From positions 3,038,001 through 3,102,000 of the forward strand of contig JAYWIR010000024.1 in NCBI GenBank assembly GCA_036172245.1: a stretch of DNA of 64,000 nucleotides, in the 5' to 3' direction. This DNA is from Raillietiella orientalis. Lineage: Eukaryota. The position numbers and the translations under genes are program-made. The notes beneath the pieces are model-generated. The model saw only the letters and a program-made list of their open reading frames with translations. It had not been told where the DNA came from and ran no database searches. Of the stretch, positions 60,197-64,000 are shown in pieces. Every line of letters starts with the position of its first letter. The stretch's first letter is position 1.

Positions 60197-62918
60197 CGCC
60201 CTCAACGCCACGCAGGAGGAGGAGGCCGAGCCGCAAAGAAGTCCCCTTCTGGTGAACCTGTCGGTGTTCTTCCTGAACGTGCACAAAGTCGATGCTCAGA
60301 CAGGCGTGAGTGCTGGGGTGCGCCTGCGGAACGCGCACATCCCGGTGGGTTCCCCCAGACCATCTCCATCAGCGCCTTCTTCCGCATGAAATGGAACCAC
60401 ACAGAAGCGCAGGAGATTTTCCCCGAGGTCAACTCGCCCGCGAGAGCGCCGCTGACGGCCAAGCGCTGGCAGCCCGACCTCTTCATCCTGGAAGACGTGC
60501 ACGACAGAGCGATCGGCTCGTATTCCAGCAACTTCTTCGCCCGCGTCGAAAATGAGACGGTCGTGACCAGCAACAAGTAAGCGACTCCCTTCGCTCCCCG
60601 GTCAGGGGTCCTCCGAGGAACTGGACCTTCCTCGACGGAGCTGCGGACGATCCCTTCCGGTTTCCAGATCTCAGACTTGCTTCTGTTCTTATTGGCGGTC
60701 ACACTGAGCTTCCGAAGAACAGCCCCCTGCGACCTCTTCCATGAGTGACATGTGACCTCTTGCTAAGCTTAAGTGACCTCCTTACAGAGGTGGAAATTGC
60801 ATTGCTGGAGGGGCGGCAAATGACCCGACAAAAACCCCTCCTCTGCTTCCTACTGTTCTTGTCCAGCCTTGCCCGGCATCTCAACCTCTTAGTCCCTTGT
60901 CCCTATTCTTAGGGATCCTCCCTTCCTCCCCCTTTCGTCCTCTTCCCTTCCCCTTCTCCCTTCCTCCTCCTCCCTCCCTCTACCGTTCTCGGATTCCTGT
61001 GTTCTTGCCCAACCTTGCACGGCACCTCCACCCCTTAGTCCCTGGGTCACTTTTCTTCGGGCTCCGCACGCCCGCTTTCTGCCCCATTCGATCCGCACGC
61101 GGTTGCCGTGGGAACATCTCCGGATGCGATCCGATGCTGCAGGCGAGCACCCGCGATGCAGCGATGATTTTGGCGAACTTCTGGAGGACTTCGCGGACGT
61201 CGTCGCCCATTCCACATTTCGGACCTCCTTCCCCCAAGAGGAGGAACCCGTAAGTGCTGGACGGGGACCATGGAGCGTTTTGGCCCTTCGGTGCGACGAA
61301 CGTCACTCTGCGCGCGGTAAGGGCCCATCCCAAGAGAGTTCCCTCGCCCCGGAAGTGTCTCTATGGCAACCAGCTCTTTTCTCCTCGGGTTCCAGGGGCC
61401 GCGAAGGGAGTCTTCACCGGGGATGTCACAGCTCATTTCCGTGTATGGAAGACAGCGTCCCTCCTCCTCCTCCTCATCTTCCTCCCTTCCCCTTCTTCGC
61501 TTCTTCTCCTTCCTCCTCCTTCTCCTTCTTCCCTCTCTTCAACCACCACCATCATCATCCCCTTCATCCTCATCCTCTCTACCCCTCCTAGTTTCCCCGT
61601 CTACGGTGGCGTCTCTCGCAGTACGCAACCACTGTCGTGCCGTGGCCTAGAGTAAGGACGAGCCCGGAGGGCCGCAGCTTCTGCGTCCCTCGGGAAAGAC
61701 CCCGTCAGGAGGAAGAGGGAGGGTGGCCCCTGCGGTCTCCCACGGGAATGGCTCGTCCCCGCGCGAGGAAGCTCCTGTGCTCTTTCTTCTGCCCGAGGGA
61801 GCGGAGGAGCAGATTGGCGGCGCTAGGCTTCCGGGTCTCCACTGAGGGGAGGCAACGAGGTCCTCTCTACCGTTGCCTTCCGTCCCGCTCGTTCCGCTCT
61901 CTGGCGTTTCCGCGTCCGGCGACCACCTGCACTTTAAAAGCCTCCTCCTTTCACATGCATCCTTCGATGTGGTTCCAGGATCTCCCCTGTGGTGTTCTGC
62001 AGCATGGACTTCCGCAACTTTCCCTTCGACGACCAGCGGTGCATCCTGAACATCGAAAGCTGTGAGTCATCATCGGGTCCGCGCCGCAGCGCACGTCTTC
62101 GCGGCTGGCGGGAGCAACGCCGGTCGTCCGTGAAGGCGGAGGCGTGGAAAAGGGAAGGGAGGGGAGAAGCCCCGCGGGTTTGCGGACCTTCCCTTCTCGG
62201 AGGCACGAGCGGGAAAGAACGCGCGGAAGAGGGCGGAGCAGGAGGGATCGGGGGAAGAAGAAAGGAATGTCTTGGTGGCGACTGCCGAGACGAGCTTGCA
62301 CTTGCGCGCGCAGCAAGATGGCCGCGCCTTCGGGGAGAACTCGGAGGACGAATCCGGGGCACTTCCTCATCTGCAGCTTCTCGCGGAGGGGATGAGCAGC
62401 AACAGCAAAAGAAAGAAAGAAAGAAAAGCGCCTACTCCTCCCTTGGTCGGTGCTGCCACTTTCGTTTTTCCTCCAGTTCCTTCGTCCCCCGCGAGAGGCT
62501 GCAAGCGCTGCGAGAATTTCCGGAAGAACCCACGGCGCAGCGGCGGGCAGGGCTGACTCTGGACAGGTCGCATAGCGCTAGTCCGTCCCGGCGAGCCAGC
62601 CACGATCTGTGCCAGCGTCCTGGGAGGGTAGGTGGGTCCTCTGGTCAACCGTTTTTCTGCGCAACGAGGGGAAACGGGGACAGACGCGCCTCCAACTGGG
62701 AACTGCGCCTGCGCCTGCGCTTAATCACGACCTTCCCTGCCCGAGTGCGCATCCTGACCCCCTATTTCTCTTCCTTCTCCTTCCAAATGGAGATGGCAGG
62801 ACCGCTGATAGGATGCTTCTGAACTGGGAGAACTCCAGCCAGTCCGACCTGGTGGGCTCCGCCTCCGCAGCCGGATTTACGCTGTCCGTCACCAGCCTGG
62901 AAGTGACTGTCTCAGGAA
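60197..62918 (+). CDS. Cys-loop pentameric ligand-gated ion channel subunit, extracellular-domain exons (60197-60305, 60359-60576, 61979-62061, 62793-62918); partial
   Basis: Phase-compatible GT-AG splicing gives PLLVNLSVFFLNVHKVDAQTG-TISISAFFRMKWNH...RWQPDLFILED...VVTSN-K-ISPVVFCSMDFRNFPFDDQRCILNIES-Y-GRTADRMLLNW...GFTLSVTSLEVTVSG. It contains the C-x13-C loop with FPFD, loop A WxPD and loop B ESYG. First exon and TM exons not identified. Confidence 0.93.
61460..61590. repeat. Pyrimidine-rich (CCT/CTT/CAT) low-complexity tract in the channel intron
   Basis: ctcctcctcctcctcatcttcctcccttccccttcttcg... Confidence 0.8.
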
Positions 62919-64000
62919 GTAAGGAGGAGACTTGGGTTGCCATGGGGCCACCAGAGAGAGCGCCTGCGCGGAGGTGGGCTCGGAGGCAAAGGCTGGGGGC
63001 GAAGTCCTGGGGAAGAGGTGTGGGTGTTTCCCGCCGGTGGAGAGCGGTGCACTTGGCAGCCGCGTCTGGTAGGGAGGGAAGTGGAGGAAAGGGGGCGGGT
63101 GGCTGACGTGTAGGAGAGTCTTCTCCTCCCCTATACCGCGCTTTCCCTTTTAACCGCCGCTCGCTCCTCCGATGAGGCGATCCTCTCCAGGACTGCTCGC
63201 TCAAGGCCACGGAAGACTCAAGAAGCAACAGGCTCTGAGGTAGGGAGATGCCTGTGCCCGCCCCCTGCCTCTCCACCAAGAAAGCCCTGGTGACATCGCA
63301 GCGTCCACGACCCCATAGGAATTTGCCCCGGACTCTTTCTCTCCGTCATGGAAGGAATGACGAAGAGACCAGCGACTAGTGGCTGCGTCCCCGTGCACCG
63401 CGAATGCGCGTCAGTTCCGTCGCACTCCAAGCAGGGGCCACCCTCCCCCTGTCCTGTCCTGATCCTTTCGGTCATCGCCAGAGAGTGAAAGAGAGAAGCA
63501 CAAGGATCTTGGACATTCGCGGATGGCCGCTCATTCTTCACTGGAAGACGAGGCAGAGCTCGGAAGCGAAGGAACTCAAATAGCGGCAGCAGATGAAGAA
63601 GAAGAAGCTGATCTGCTGCATCAAAGGAGGCCGTGACTGCTCCAGCACTCTCATTCTCCCTCCTCCCCACCACCACGACCACCACAACCACGACGACCGC
63701 AGACACCACCACCATCACGGTCTCCTCGTCCGACCTACTGAGGGTCGATGCCTCTGCTGCCCTTCGTCATCTTTCACAGGGCGTAGCAGCTCACCTCTCC
63801 AGGCCGCCTTCGCTGACCCTCCGGACGCTTCTCTCCCCCCCTTCTCGTTCCGTTCCATCCCATCTCGAGAGGCGGGGGTTCTTCCTAGTCGCCCCGCTTT
63901 GGGGTGCCTGCAGGGGGCAGCCCCCCCTGCACGCCGCACTCTGAAAGCAGCTCCTAGGCACTACCCGTCGCAGCGGCGGGCAGTGGCTTCGCCCTGTTCG

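Noticed and set aside
63703..63800. Next exon of the Cys-loop gene (N-TTTITVSSSDLLR...)
   Set aside because: Phase fits, but no hydrophobic M1 helix follows and it overlaps an (ACC/ACG)n repeat.
1..64000. CRISPR arrays, operons or other prokaryotic systems
   Set aside because: No regularly spaced repeat-spacer array or dense intronless ORFs; spliceosomal introns, U2 and LINEs indicate eukaryotic nuclear DNA.

Overview
A GC-rich, transposon-dense eukaryotic window, probably from an invertebrate animal. Arthropod is the best guess, based on the U2 sequence, the mariner type and the Cys-loop gene's intron positions. Most ORFs in the track are spurious. Supported content: (1) About ten 5'-truncated copies of one L1/Tx1-like LINE family. 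Target-site duplications define their ends, which lack a poly(A) tail and carry two 3' hairpins, one with compensatory changes between subfamilies. Two near-identical copies share a stop and a frameshift yet have separate TSDs. (2) About eight copies of a long (~700-850 bp) tRNA-headed SINE-like family, three joined directly to co-oriented LINE tails. (3) A decayed RLE-type Utopia/NeSL retrotransposon abutting the 3' ~150 nt of a U2 snRNA at the Utopia target site. (4) An internally deleted mariner, a pogo/Tigger-like MITE and a ~60-bp hairpin mini-element. (5) Four extracellular-domain exons of a divergent Cys-loop ligand-gated ion channel. (6) Several unidentified exon chains. All alignments were done by eye, so boundaries without TSD or splice support are approximate.
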